A DNA stretch of 64,000 nt from Podarcis cretensis (Eukaryota). Positions 25,076-37,538 of this stretch are shown here, in pieces. Position numbers and translations under genes: made by a program. Each line of letters starts with the position of its first letter. The stretch's first letter is position 1. The stretch covers positions 30,132,001 to 30,196,000 of the forward strand of contig OX638158.1 of the NCBI GenBank assembly GCA_951804945.1. The letters run 5' to 3'. The notes under the pieces were generated by a model. That model saw only the letters and a program-made list of their open reading frames with translations, searched no databases and was not told the origin of the DNA.

Positions 25076-26939
25076 TCTTAGTGTGATGTTTTGCCTCTAC
25101 AGGTTTCTACTGAGTGGTGCAGATCCATAGTCTTGTTTTTGTTTTCTTTTAAGGTGTGTTGTGGCCTGGTTTGCATGTAGTGTTAAGCCACAAGTTTCCC
25201 CACAAACAAACAAACCAGCCTCCTTTGTAGTTTGGCAAGTGTCTGGGGTGAGATGGTGAAACGAACCCTAGTTAGGGAAGGGTGCTGGTTTCACACCTAA
25301 CCCCATCCCATAGTTAAAACAAACCAAGATTCGTAATGTATGTGGGGTGTATGTATATGTACTGGAGAGGATAGCTGTATTAAACAAAGGAAATTAAGTA
25401 AGAGGCTTTCAGAATGCCTGGGACTCATAGGAAGGAAGAATATTCTTCAGTGTGCATGCAGCTGACTGGCACAAGAAGGGGAATGTCCAGCCCCTAAAGT
25501 GTTAAAGATGAAAAATATTTAAAGTATGACATTAGCAAGGGAATTGTGTCACGGGGCACAAGCACCTTCCAGAAAAGGGGGAAGGTGCCTGGGACTCCAG
25601 CAACAAATGAGTTACAATGTGCAATGGTTAGATGAACTGATTGCCCAAGAAGGTCTTTATAGAGTCACTTCTTTTTCTATATGCTTTTTTGAACCAGTAG
25701 CATAATCGGGCCTATTTAGTTATACCTGGATAGCTTCGTGCCTGCTGCGTGCTGGGGATACAGGCAGGAAATGTATTAGCTCATGGTTCCCCTCTGCCTC
25801 CCATCTTGAATGTCATTTGACTGTACAGACAGGTACTGTTTGTCCTCCCATGGAAACACGGCTGCCCTGAGGGTTGAAAATGGTGACTGACTAAGCTGCG
25901 GCAACAGAAGCCAAACAAAATGAGTGTATTTTCTGCTCACTGAGCTGAAGCTGCTGAGTGCATGTGTGGCTAGGTTTCTATTCCTAGAAGAAACTCTGGC
26001 CTGGTTCTGGAGGGGCAGGTTAGCAATGCCCCAATCCAAGCTGGCATTGTGGGCCACTTCTGCCATCCTCAAACAGGCAGTCCTGTTTGTTCTCCAAGAC
26101 TTGGGAACCTGTTGTTTCTCTAGCTGCTGGGCCTGTGCCCATCGCCGTTGCATCTGTCCCCAGTCTCCTGTCTAGGCATGTCTCAGTATGAGCAAAACAA
26201 ACAGACTTGAGTAACTTTTTCCCTCCTCTACCTCCTCCTCTCATTCTAAGGGGAATATACATCTGGCCGTTTCTCTGGCCAAGGATCTTCCACAAATACC
26301 TTGTGTGTGTGTGTGTCTGTTTTGTGTGGTGAACATGACTCTTAGGAAAATTACTGTGGATTTGAAAGAACGCCACGCCTGAACTTCTGCCTCAGGTCTC
26401 ATTCCTGGGGCTTTGATGCTTCTGTGAGGGAATGTGTATAAAAATCCTGCAAAAATAAATTGCTGACCTCAGGTGCTGAAGCTGACATGACTAAATTTGA
26501 CCTGACTGAATTTGCCCTTTCTTTGGGATCAAGGAAGTAGAGCTCCCATCAAGTTTTAGAAACAGAGGCAAGGCGGATCTTACTCTGTGCTTTTCTCTTT
26601 CCACACAAGCACCCAAATTATGCGCTTAGAATAAATCCAGGCTTCATTGGTCTGTTTCTGGAGTCCCCTTCCCTTTAGAAGGGAATCAACAGTACTCAGC
26701 CAGCATGTTGGAAATTGCTTGATTTTCATAGGCTTCTGGAGCAGTAGTATAAATGGGAATTTTTTTGTGGTGCCTGTTTGGATCTAATTGTCCCTATCCC
26801 CAAAGGCTCAAAATGCATGACAGTTAAAAAAGAAAATAGCCTGCTCTTAAATGAAGTCCTTGCTGATCTCTAGCACCTTTTTAAAAATGCTTTTATTCTC
26901 TCCTCTTCAAAAAAAAGTTCAGGGTCATGGGCATGGTTT

Positions 26940-27050
26940 CCCTCCATTTACCTTCACAACAACCCTGTGAGGTAGGCTAGGCTAAAATAGTAACTGGCCC
27001 TAGGTGAGCGACGGCTAAGCAAAGATTATGAACTCTGGCTTCCCCAGTCC
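26940..27050 (-). mobile_element. MIR/Squam3-like SINE fragment
   Basis: cttcacaacaaccctgtgaggtagg...gtaactggccctaggt CORE-like segment. Confidence 0.6.
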
Positions 27051-28325
27051 AGCATTTGTACATAGCAAGGTTTGGGCTCACATGCCTGATGGGGATAGCT
27101 TTCCAGTCTTCTGCATTGAGAATGGGAAACCTGTAGCCCCACAGATGCTTTGAACTGACACCTTGTACCTACAGATAGCTGCTGGTGCTGTGGTACCTCG
27201 GGGCAGTGCTGAAACGTATGATCTGGCCATGCCCTATAGTGGCGCTGATTTGGATGAAAGTTGTTGTCAGTATAAACTTGGACCTGGGAAAATCCCTAAA
27301 ATTCTCAGTTGCCCATGCTACACTCAGTTATATTCCAACATTGTGCGCCTTGACAGAAGGGCAGTGTAGTTGGACTTTGCACGTCCTGTCGGTGGCCAAA
27401 AGGCTAGTGTTGCAATGCTGGGAGGGAATTGCGTTTCCTCCCCTGATTGCCCAGTGGTTGGAAGACTTATCTGCTCTTGCAGCATATGCGAAAGCCACGC
27501 TCAGCAAGTGGTGCAAAGAGGAATAAACACTCCAGCATTTGGGGTCTGTACCACTGCAGCCTGTTCCTCACCCACCAAACTCCCTTTTAGTTTTGATCTG
27601 GTGGCATTAACTTTTAATTGTATGATACTGCAGTACAAATTGCTATTATGCTTTTATTGTTTCTCTTGGTTGATTGTCTTGTTAAGGGGAAACAAGAACC
27701 AATAAAATATTAACAGGTGTTTTTGTTTTGCTTTTAAGAGTGGATAGATCCAGCCAATGGGCACTGCTGAGGGAGCTGGGTCAGAAAATAATAATAATAA
27801 TAATAATAGGGTCCAGGACAGACAGCAGCAGCGGGGCCTTGCCAGGGTTGTCATGGTAGCTGGTGAAGGGTGCCAACTGCCCTTTTTGCTGCAGAATCTT
27901 TTAACAAGAAATTCTTCAGGCTACCGGTGTCAACGCAAAGGCTTCTGCCAGTGGATATAACTGAGATAGTCCTTTTGCCTAGTGAAACAGCTGGTCCCAA
28001 AAATGCACAGACACCTGACTGCAGGCAGAACTGCTTAATGCCTGATCCCCTAAGGAGAGCAGATCTGTATGCATCTGCACTTGGGGGATGTGGGGATTCT
28101 TGCTTATTAGGCACTGGCCGCCAAGCGGCCTGAATACCTCTGCTGTGCACGTAAAAAGATATTGTGTCGATTCTCTCTCCCTGGTGGCTTTCTAGGCACT
28201 GTGGCATGTCAGAGACACACCCGCCAGCTGGCTCCCCACCGTTCCGTTTCCTCCCTCTCAGGAAATGTTTGCCCTTGTGCAGTTTCCGGTAGCTGCAGGA
28301 CATGCCCAGTGTAGAGACGCTATTG

Positions 28326-28327
<2 letters not shown>

Positions 28328-28356
<29 letters not shown>
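28328..28356. repeat. (TG)n microsatellite
   Basis: Direct observation; an interrupted (CA)n run follows at ~28430-28456. Confidence 0.95.
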
Positions 28357-28357
<1 letters not shown>

Positions 28358-28837
28358 CTAGCTTTTTGGGTAGGTAGGTGGGCTAGTGTGTGACAACATC
28401 AGAAAATCAGGACAGATTTTTTAAACGTATACACTCACACACACATACACACACACCCCAACACCAACAAGCATGACTCATTCTGGCACTGGGTCAGCAA
28501 CCTGGTATCTCTCCTTTGCTCTACTGGACCAAAGAATTGTGGAACATTAGAAGAATCCTTCCACCCACCCACAAGGAAGGTTTTCTTAGGGAAGAATCCA
28601 AGTGTCTGTTCTGTGCCTGTCCATTTGGCACGACGGCTAGTGGAGGATGGGGTTGGGAGACCCAAGCAGGGCAAAAAGGAAGGGGTACGTTTGTGTGGGA
28701 GATGTTGCCTCTCTCCACCCACCAGAGAGCACAAAATGCAGAGGTGGATAGAGATCACAGGCTTATTTTTATTTTATTTTTCTGTTCTGCTCAATTACAG
28801 ACTCTTTTCCCGGGGATCGGTGGGAGCGCAACGTAAA

Positions 28838-28873
28838 ATGTCATCTGACAGCTTGTCGAGCAAAGCCCTAAAG
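28838..28873 (+). CDS. MAFF: MAFF first coding exon (MSSDSLSSKALK; exon 28801-28873)
   Basis: Acceptor ttacAG at 28800, aaaATG start, donor AAG|GTAAGA. The peptide matches the small-Maf N-terminus (human MAFF MSVDPLSSKALK). Phase 0. Confidence 0.95.
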
Positions 28874-30623
28874 GTAAGAGTCACTCTGCGCCGAAGAACA
28901 AACTTCTCCCAGCCCTTGTTTTCATAGATCTCTAGATCAGGACAAAGTCAGGCCTGGATGGGAGGGTGAGAGAGGGTGATCCATCCCATAACTGTGGGCC
29001 AGTGTGGGAGACTGGTCATTATGCAGGTGAGCAACTGTCCATATGTTTAAATGGAAAACCTGGCCCCATTTGGAACAATTCAGAAATATGCAAAAGCACC
29101 TTTGCCCAGCATTTCTGCTGTGTATTTTCTGTAGCTTTCCCCCACCTCCTCCTTTACTCTCCCCTGCCTTCCACTTTCCCTCTTTTCTCTGGGCCCCCCT
29201 TTTCTTATTTCACAACTCTGCTTCCTCCGTCTATTATTGCCCACTTTTTCCTGTCCTACTCCCCGAATGTTCGGAGCCAGTAAATATACATGCAGAAGTT
29301 AGTGTGTGGAATTAGACTTTCTCCCCTCCCACCAGCAAACAGGCACAGGAGGATCCTGAGAATCTGGACTTCCTTAAGCTTTTTGAGAAACGCGAGTTTC
29401 TAATCCTCATGGTGGGCAAAAATATGTTTTGGAAAGTGGCAGCAGACAGTGTCTGCAAAAGATTCCAGTCTGGGTGGAGCTGAAAGGGGAAGGATATTCT
29501 GTGCTCTTCCTCTGGTACTTTTCCTCTGAGGGTGTGATCGCACTACATTTTGTTTTGTTCAACACGATCTGCCTTTTACTACCAGTTTGTGCTGCATGTG
29601 CTCACCTTGCCTGTTGTATCGGAGTCCCTCCGTATTTTCTTTCTTGATAACATCGGTCTGATGTGACACCTTGGCCCCATGTTCCTTAAACCATGCCAGG
29701 GCCTTCCCCACCCCAGCCCCATATATAGAGTTAAAGGGCTTCCCCTTGCACACAACTTGACCCAAGTTGTACAAGAAGTTAGCTTAGGAACAGGAAGGAA
29801 AAGGAATGTCTTAACTGGAAATTATAACACTTGTTTTCCCACTTGCTGGGACTATAATGGAAGGGGAAGCTGTGCAAGCCGGTTTCCTGAGAGATTTCTC
29901 ACGAAACAGCCTGTAGGGGTGTGTGGTAGGTGAGCACACCCGTGATGTTTGAGGAAACGAAACAATAATAATAAAGCAGTGTTGAGCAATTGGTGTTATT
30001 TGTCAAGAGGCCTTGAGGCTGAGCAGGTATTGAAAATAGAGACACCTGATTCCTTATCTTGTCCAGGTGTCCCTTCCTAATGCTAGCCATCAGTGGCCTG
30101 AGTTTTACTGCTTCTTGTTTTGGTACACCACTTCTCTATTCAAAACAACACTATTAGAAATCTTTTTTTGGTTCACTGTAATTGCCTTGAGGTTTCGTGT
30201 GGTTTCAAGGAGTGCGGAACTGAAGCTTGTAGGTTAAGGCAGCCAGGCAGTGGGGGGCACTCTACAAGGTGACGTTCCTGTTTTAATTGTCTCACACCTC
30301 AAAGTGTGCTGGATATCAGATTATAGAAAGCCTATGCTACATCCGTTGCACCAGTTACTGATTTGTTATGCTAATCATTTCAAAGTCACTGAGTTGAATC
30401 CAGACTAAGTTAGTCACACTTTCAATCTCATTGACTAGTCCCACTGAAAGCAATGGGGTAAATTAGTCACAAGTCACTTGTAAGTCCTATGGACTTTGAT
30501 GGAACTAAAGCATAGATGTGCAGGGTCAGATCCAGACCAAGTTCAGTACTTTTAATTTATTATAAAAACACACCCATATTTTAGAGATAATTTGTGAGCA
30601 CTCTTGAATATCTGTTGGAAGTA

Positions 30624-30853
30624 CAGTGATACCTCGGGTTACAGACGCATCAGATGACAGATGCTTCAGGTTACAGACACTGCTAACCCAGAAATAGTAC
30701 CTCGGGTTAAGAACTTTGCTTCAGGATGACAATAGAAATTGTGTGGCAGCAGCGGGAGACCCCATTAGCTAAAGTGGTACCTCAGGTTAAGAACAGTTTC
30801 AGATAAGAACGGACCTCCAGAATGAATTAAGTTCTTAACCTGAGGTACCACTG
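30624..30853. mobile_element. Tc1/pogo(Tigger)-type MITE in MAFF intron
   Basis: TA-flanked, TIRs cagtgatacctcgggtta ... taacctgaggtaccactg. Confidence 0.92.
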
Positions 30854-30868
30854 TATGTGTAATTACCA

Positions 30869-31012
30869 CAGAGCTGTGGAACCTGTGGTCCTGTCGAGGT
30901 CTGGTAGTTAAAAATGACACCTCCCATCATCCCTGACCATTGGCCATTCTGCCTGGTGCTGATGGGAGCTGTAGTCCAACAACATCTGGAGGGCCACAGG
31001 TTTGACATCCCC
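30869..31012. mobile_element. hAT-type MITE copy (family A)
   Basis: gaacctgtggtcc...ctcccatcatccctgaccattggcc...gatgggagctgtagtccaacaacatctggagggccacagg. Confidence 0.75.
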
Positions 31013-31214
31013 AAATAAACATAATATATGCATTTTATAATGTGCATGACGACTGTCAGAGCACTTGGGTTTCCTTGGTGCAGAATGTTACCAGACCTGC
31101 TCAGCTTCCTCCTTGGCTTCTTGCCTTTCTGAGCTGCTCTCCCTCACCTCACGTCCCCTTTTCCTGAGCTTTTCTGATGCTCGATACTCACCTGCTCCTT
31201 CTGCTCATTGACAG

Positions 31215-31628
31215 ATCAAACGGGAAATGGGCGAGAACACGCCACACCTTTCCGACGAAGAACTAATGGGTTTGTCGGTGCGAGAACTGAACCACCACCT
31301 GCGGGGCCTGTCCAAGGAGGAGGTAGCGCGGCTGAAGCAGCGCCGGCGCACACTGAAGAACCGTGGCTATGCGGCCAGCTGCCGGGTCAAGCGGGTGTGT
31401 CAGAAGGAGGAGCTGCAGAAGCAGAAGACGGAGCTGGAGAGGGAGGTGGATAAGCTAGCGAGGGAGAACGCCGCCATGCGCCTTGAGCTCGACGCCTTGC
31501 GCGGCAAATACGAGGCGCTGCAGGGCTTCGCCCGCACGGTCACCGCACACGGCACTACTGGCAAGGTGGCCACTGCCAGCGTCATCACCATCGTCAAATC
31601 TGGCTCCAACCAGGCCACATACTCCTAG
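31215..31628 (+). CDS. MAFF: MAFF terminal coding exon (small Maf bZIP; spliced protein 149 aa)
   Basis: Acceptor ttgacAG at 31214. [26 protein letters not shown]...[33 protein letters not shown]...ASVITIVKS contains MAFF-specific residues ([16 protein letters not shown]). Position between PLA2G6 and TMEM184B is syntenic. Confidence 0.98.
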   Translation: MKREMGENTPHLSDEELMGLSVRELNHHLRGLSKEEVARLKQRRRTLKNRGYAASCRVKRVCQKEELQKQKTELEREVDKLARENAAMRLELDALRGKYEALQGFARTVTAHGTTGKVATASVITIVKSGSNQATYS

Positions 31629-34600
31629 TGTCTGTAAGCCCGTGTCGCGAACTGAGTCCTGTTGCCATGCCTCTGCCCAGCTCTCACCTAGAATGGCTGT
31701 AGCTGCACTGGCCCCTCCCCCTTCTTCCACTTTTCTTCTGCCATCCAAAGGAGACAGAATCAACTTGAAGACGAAATTGCTGAATGTTGAACTTCCTCCT
31801 CTGTCCCTTAACCTTCATGAGGAGAGGGTGGGAAGGTGGTGCCCGACTTGCGTAATTAACTGTTGATGTTTATCCGTGGATTGAAATGCAGTGGCCAGTT
31901 ATCCCCTTTTTCCTCTCTCCCCCTCCCCCGTTTTATGTTTGCCAGGTTTCTCTCCTCTTGCTTTTCTGCGTACCCTTGCCCCCAGCTGATGCAATGGGGT
32001 GGGCCTAGAGAGGGCTTCCCTGCTACAAGCTGGGAACACAGGCTCGGAGAACCTTTCGGCCGCAAGGGTTACAAAAGGGAAATAACCTTCCTGTGAGAGG
32101 GCAAACTAGGTAGAAGCCGCCATGTTGTCGGTGAGAGCTGCCGCTGCAGGAACCATCCAGGATGAAACAAGGTTCTGGAACCCTTGTCAACTCACCTTTC
32201 TCATCCTGGCCCTGTGTTTGTCTGTGTTGTCACTCTGCCTTTCCTCTTCATTGTATCTCACAGCCATGCACCCTTTGGCTCAGATCTCTTCAATTTGTGG
32301 GTGTGGTTTGAACCGGCTGTAGCAAGAGCAGCCCTAATTAGACCTGGGCCTTTGGTAAGTGGGCAGGCTCAATGACAATAAAGAGGGAACTAATTGCAGC
32401 AAGGGACAAGGAAGGAAATTATTGCTGTACGGTCGTACAAACGATCTGAGGAAGGGGTCACTGAGGTACATGCTGAGAAGACTAGGTCAGTTGCTGGTAT
32501 CCCACTCTAGCATAGCATGCTAGAATACAGCGCACCACAGCGATTTGAAAAGGCATCCACTGTCTCCAGCTGTGGAGGTGTGCGTGACGCTAGTTCATGG
32601 GACACTACGTTGTAACGGTGTTCTTGGGCTGAGATTGCAAGATCTCTGACGTAGAGTGGAAGCAACGTCCTAAGGAGAGGGAGAGCAAGCTAAGAGAAAG
32701 TGAGGAGGGGAGTGATGGGGCAAGGCAGGAGAATGAAGGGTAAAGCACGTGAAATAGTTGAGATGGGGAAGGGGAAACAGGATTATAACTGAAATCCTGG
32801 GAAAGCCATTTGGTTCTAGTGTGAATAGTTTGCAGAGGCATCACTGTGGTGGCCTGTTACCCAATTTTGCAGTATTCCTACTGAGTGACGGGTATGATAA
32901 TTTGGGGACAAAGAGGAGGCAGTCAGAAAGAAACCCCAGCACGATCTGCAAAGTGTGTCTAAATCAACCTGTTTGAAAATAAATGGCAGATGAGGTATTG
33001 CGAGGAGAGAAACTTCCATATTTACACTCCATCTTCCCTGTGTAGTGGAAAAAACTAGGCTCAGAGCATCAGGAAATAATTAAACATCATCATTACAAAA
33101 ATTGAAAAGCATCTACTTTCAGGAGAATTTAAGTATGCAGAGGACTGGCCCAGCCCCCAAGTCAGGAGGATTCTGCAGATTCTGCAGCAGGGATGGGGAA
33201 CCTGTGGGCCTTCATCTCTTGTTGGGTTGCAACTCCCATTATCCTTGCCCTTTGCTGATGTTGGCTGAAGTTGGTGGGAGAAGCAGCCGAACAACAGCCA
33301 GAGAGGCGTCAGTTCCACTTCCCTAACCTAGGCTAAAAGAAAACCCTATGAACCCCTTTGTGCTCTCTGTAAACAAGTGGGGGGGTGTCCATTCACTCTG
33401 GTGGAGGAAGGAGAATAAACTGCACGTAGGAACACTCATCAAACAGGAATGAGTGTTCTCTGGCCTGCATCCCCCTTCTCTTTGCTCCATTCAGTTGTAT
33501 GGAAGAGGGGAGGGGGCACTGCAACTGGTGCGGGGAGGGGAGGGCGCAGAAGAAACACAATTTCCTCAGCCCTGCGCAAGCCAGAAAATGTATATTGAAA
33601 GATTAATTTGCACACAGGGCAGTTTAAAATAGCTTAAAGCAATCCTGGCTACACAAACGAAAACTGAGAGCTCCTCGCCAAAAGCAATTTCTGCCCTAAT
33701 GATAAAAGTTGGTTGGAGAAACTGAGGTGAAGGGGAAGCTGAGCTTTGCTCAGAGGAATTAAGAGCTCACAATATTTATCCCAGCATCCTTTTAAGGGTG
33801 CAATCCTGGGGGTTGATGGGAGTTTGATTCCAAGGTTTATTTGGAGGGCATGACATTGGTTAGCCGGATACTAGATGTCCAATTCACCTGGGAATAAGCC
33901 CCACCAAAATCGGCAGGACTTCCTTCTGAATGGACACACATAAGTAAATAACACTGATTAGCGAAAGTTATGCATTGCTGACCAGTCAGCATTTGAGTGA
34001 GTTTTTCCTCCTCTGAAGTTTAAATTCCCTCTAGATTACTGCTCTTCCACTGGGAATGAGCAGTGGTGCCGTAAGAAGCCCAGCAGAGGCTCAGTTTAAA
34101 TGTGATGCTAAGTGGGTTTAAACATATATATATGCCAGGCTTCAATAAAGCTGCTGTTCCCTTTAAACCAGGTTTGGGATGGAATCCATGGGCCAGATGT
34201 GGCACAGAGATGTGCTAATGGTGCATGCAGGAACCAGCACCCGATTAAAGCATAATACTCACCTCTAATCCACTGGGGGAAATCGGTTTTGGTCCATCAC
34301 CACCAACTTTATAATCGGGCTAGAATTTTGGCCCAAGCTGGGAGCATAAGAGGAAAAAAAGGAAACGTACACCACCTACAATCTCATCAGCCCTGGAATG
34401 CTAGGTTCACCACCTCGTTGATAATGTTAAGATGTTGGCAAGGAAACAAGTCAGGGTTGGCTTGAGTTCAGGTAGCCATGAAAGGGCATGGAGGGTTAGA
34501 TTAGATGAGTCTTGAAGGTACCTTTGACCCTTAAATATATGTGCTAATATAGGAACCAGTGAGTATTTGTGGGCAGTCACTTCCAGGCATGTACCACAGT

Positions 34601-35070
34601 GACTTATTTATATGGCAAACAATTGACCCTTTGATTTCTTTAGACATATGGTTGGGTTCACCCATCCTGCAGCTTACAGTGACATCACATCCCCCTCCAT
34701 GATGGAATCAGCTTCCAAACCAGTGTTGTCTGTCTATCCGTCCGTCCATCCTCCCCCTCCACCCTGTGATGATGCTTATGGGGGTTCCCTATTTAGCATT
34801 TCCCCTACCCCTGTTTCCCTTTGTTCCTACCTGTGATTTATTTATTGCACGAATATAAGTTATTTTTCACGTCCTTTATGCCATTCCGCCTTGTGGCACG
34901 GCCAGGATGTTGGTACAGAGCCGTACTTTATATTTTATATATGCAAATCACATTTTATCTTCTATAGAGCAAGAAAAGTACTTATTTATTTTCTGACTTA
35001 CAGTAAGTGTCCTGCCAGACTCCTCTGTATTTTGTAGACTTTACAAATAAAGCCAGATTTTTTTTTTCAA
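31629..35070 (+). other. Probable MAFF 3'UTR ending at AATAAA 35046-35051, AU-rich distal end
   Basis: Distal block with ATTTA/TATTTAT motifs (34836-34845, 34982-34992), TGTA upstream elements and AATAAA. The exact end is inferred; other AATAAA hexamers lie upstream. Confidence 0.6.
33188..33324. mobile_element. hAT-type MITE copy (family A) inside probable MAFF 3'UTR
   Basis: cagggatggggaacctgtgggcc...aactcccattatcc...ggtgggagaagcagccgaacaac...agttccacttccct. Confidence 0.7.
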
Positions 35071-37400
35071 AACGGAGAAGCTAAAAACAAGAGGTTTGTA
35101 TTTTTCTCAAAAAACTCTTCACAGCAGGCAGAGGTGACAGGCTGTAGCTATAGGAGGCAGTTTTCGGGATCTTCTGCACTACTGAAAAATATAAACTCCA
35201 AAGTAATTTCAATCTTTGAGTGACAGTAACACACACCCTTGAAAGACAATAATGTGGATGCATTTCACACCAGTTTAAAGGGAAATTGTATACATGAGAA
35301 CACACAGGTGACCTCATACAGCTAAAAAGAATTAAAAGTGAGGTCAGTGATAGGGAACCTATAATTGCTAGACTCCATCATTCATCAACCCCAGCCAGCA
35401 TAGAAGGAATGATTCAAGTCCAACAGCTGGAAGACCTCAGGTTCCCCATCTTCCAGCTCACTGATGTTCTGAACATTCCTGCACTAGAGAGGTAGAGTAG
35501 AAGGAAAGTGCTCCCCCTCTATACCACGATGGGGATTGGGTAAGAGGAGCACAAAATGAAGTGGGGATGGGAGCTGGGACTGGTGCCACTCATTGCTACT
35601 CACATCACGGGCAAATAACCCATTTGGTGTCAGTGGCACCCTTACAACCACTTTCTTCATGTCAATGGTAACAGCGGATATGTTGCCTGGAGTTCCCATG
35701 TGCAAGATGCAGGTCAGCTGCTACTGGGGAAGCACGAGTCACTGCAACAGATTTACAACTGCAAATGGGGGGGGGGGGGGAGATCAAGCTAGCAATGCTT
35801 CAACAAAACCAAGACACATTAGCCTGCTGAAAAGTATGGACTGAAGGCTGCTTTAGCCAGAATTTGGCAATGTCAAGGATGCAAAGGAACTGCAAATGTA
35901 AGCGTAAGTTGTTAGACGACTTTGGGTCTGGCTGAACTGTGCTGAAGACCCTTCAATTGCACTGGGAATTATTTACGCTCATGCTTAACTCTTCTACAGC
36001 GGAGCACTAAACAACTGGCTTAGCACTCCCTTGGTACTCCAACTTTTATAGATTATAGGTTGCTGCAAGAAGCATACACATCATGATGAATTTAAAACAC
36101 ACTCAGGTTTCAATTGGTCTGCTCAGAGTATGAGTTAGTGTGATATCACCCTAAGCTTGATTCACAGTTTCTTATGTGTCTTATTACTGCATATTCTTTA
36201 TTAGCCTTCCATTGTTCATTGTTGCAAGAATTGGGAGAGTGGGGTGGGTCAGAGGAAGGGTATATGCTTTGCATGTTCCATCTCAGGCAGGGCTGGAAAA
36301 AACTTGCATCCAAAGCCGTGGAGAGCCACCAGCAATCACAGTGTTGTAGATAAGAGTTAGCTAGATGGACAAATGGTCTGACTCTGTAGAAAGCACTTCT
36401 TAAATCGATTTGTGCAATGAAGCAATTATACAACTGCTTCATCAGGTGGCACAACATGCACCAAGCCAACTTTGGGAAGCCTTGCAGTCACCTGATTAAA
36501 AACAAGAGCTCTGAGCTGAATTGGTGGGGAAGCAGGCACATGACCCCTTTAGCACATACTTTAAATTATTGCATATTGCACCTGTATGGATCAGGCTATA
36601 ACACTTTAAAAATCTCACAAGTCACTTCAGCTAGAGCATTTCCACTTATCAGCGCCTCTCTCCTGTGTGTATGTTTTCTGAACATGAAGACTTTGGAATC
36701 CTTTCCTGGTGTACAAATCTAGTTTCACTGACACAGAGTGCAGGTTGTTTTAACAGAGAGTAGACTGCGTGTATACACCAACCGAAGTTCTTTAACCCTG
36801 GAGGGGGGGAAATACAATAGCAGCTTCTCCCATCATCCCCAACACACCCTTTAGGGTCATACAAGCAATGCTAATGACAACTGCCATTTCCACACACATG
36901 AGGAATCCTACAATCACAACAGGGACATTTGCCTGTAAAAGGCCAGAGAAAAACTCTTTTAAAATGAGAGTAAAATACCAAGCAGGGCAGCTGAAGCAAG
37001 CATGTGAAAGAATCCCTGGAATGCTACCCGGAGGTCAGAGAGTTTGGCAAGTAGCCTCACCCATTCCACATTCCAGAGCATTGCCATCACTGTAACGCCA
37101 GGATTCTCTTCACACTAGAAAACAAGCAGCCATGTCAGTTACTAGGAGACTAGAGGAAAGGGGAAATTAGGTAGCAGTTGAGGATCACTAGGTCTGAAGG
37201 CAGTGCTCCATGAAAACTGATACCATAATACATTTGTTGGTCCCAAGTCACTTTGTTGTTTATCCACTAAGACTAACACAGTCTACCTGACCACCAGCCC
37301 ACTGCAAAAAGGTTTCCAAGTTAACTGAGCTTGTCCCATTTAGTTGCAACATGCCTACACTGGGGACAGGCTGCTGCCTTGAATTGGGAGCATCTTCTAT

Positions 37401-37538
37401 CAGGGATGGGGAAACTTGTGGCTCTCCAGATGTTGTTGGGCTCCAATTCCCATTACTCCTAACAGCATACCCAATAGCCAGGGGTGATGGGAGCTGAAGT
37501 ACAGCAACACCTGGAGAGCCACAGGTTCACCAGCACTT
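37401..37538. mobile_element. hAT-type MITE copy (family A)
   Basis: cagggatggggaaacttgtggctctccagatgttg ... caacacctggagagccacaggtt, with clear inverted arms. Confidence 0.8.

Noticed and set aside
31208-31866. Alternative-frame and antisense ORFs over MAFF's last exon
   Set aside because: Shadow ORFs of a GC-rich coding exon; only the bZIP frame has homology and correct splice phase.
34843-34851. TATTGCAC, resembling the 5' end of mature miR-92, in the MAFF 3'UTR
   Set aside because: The match stops after 8 nt, there is no hairpin partner, and it is the wrong orientation to be a target site in MAFF mRNA.
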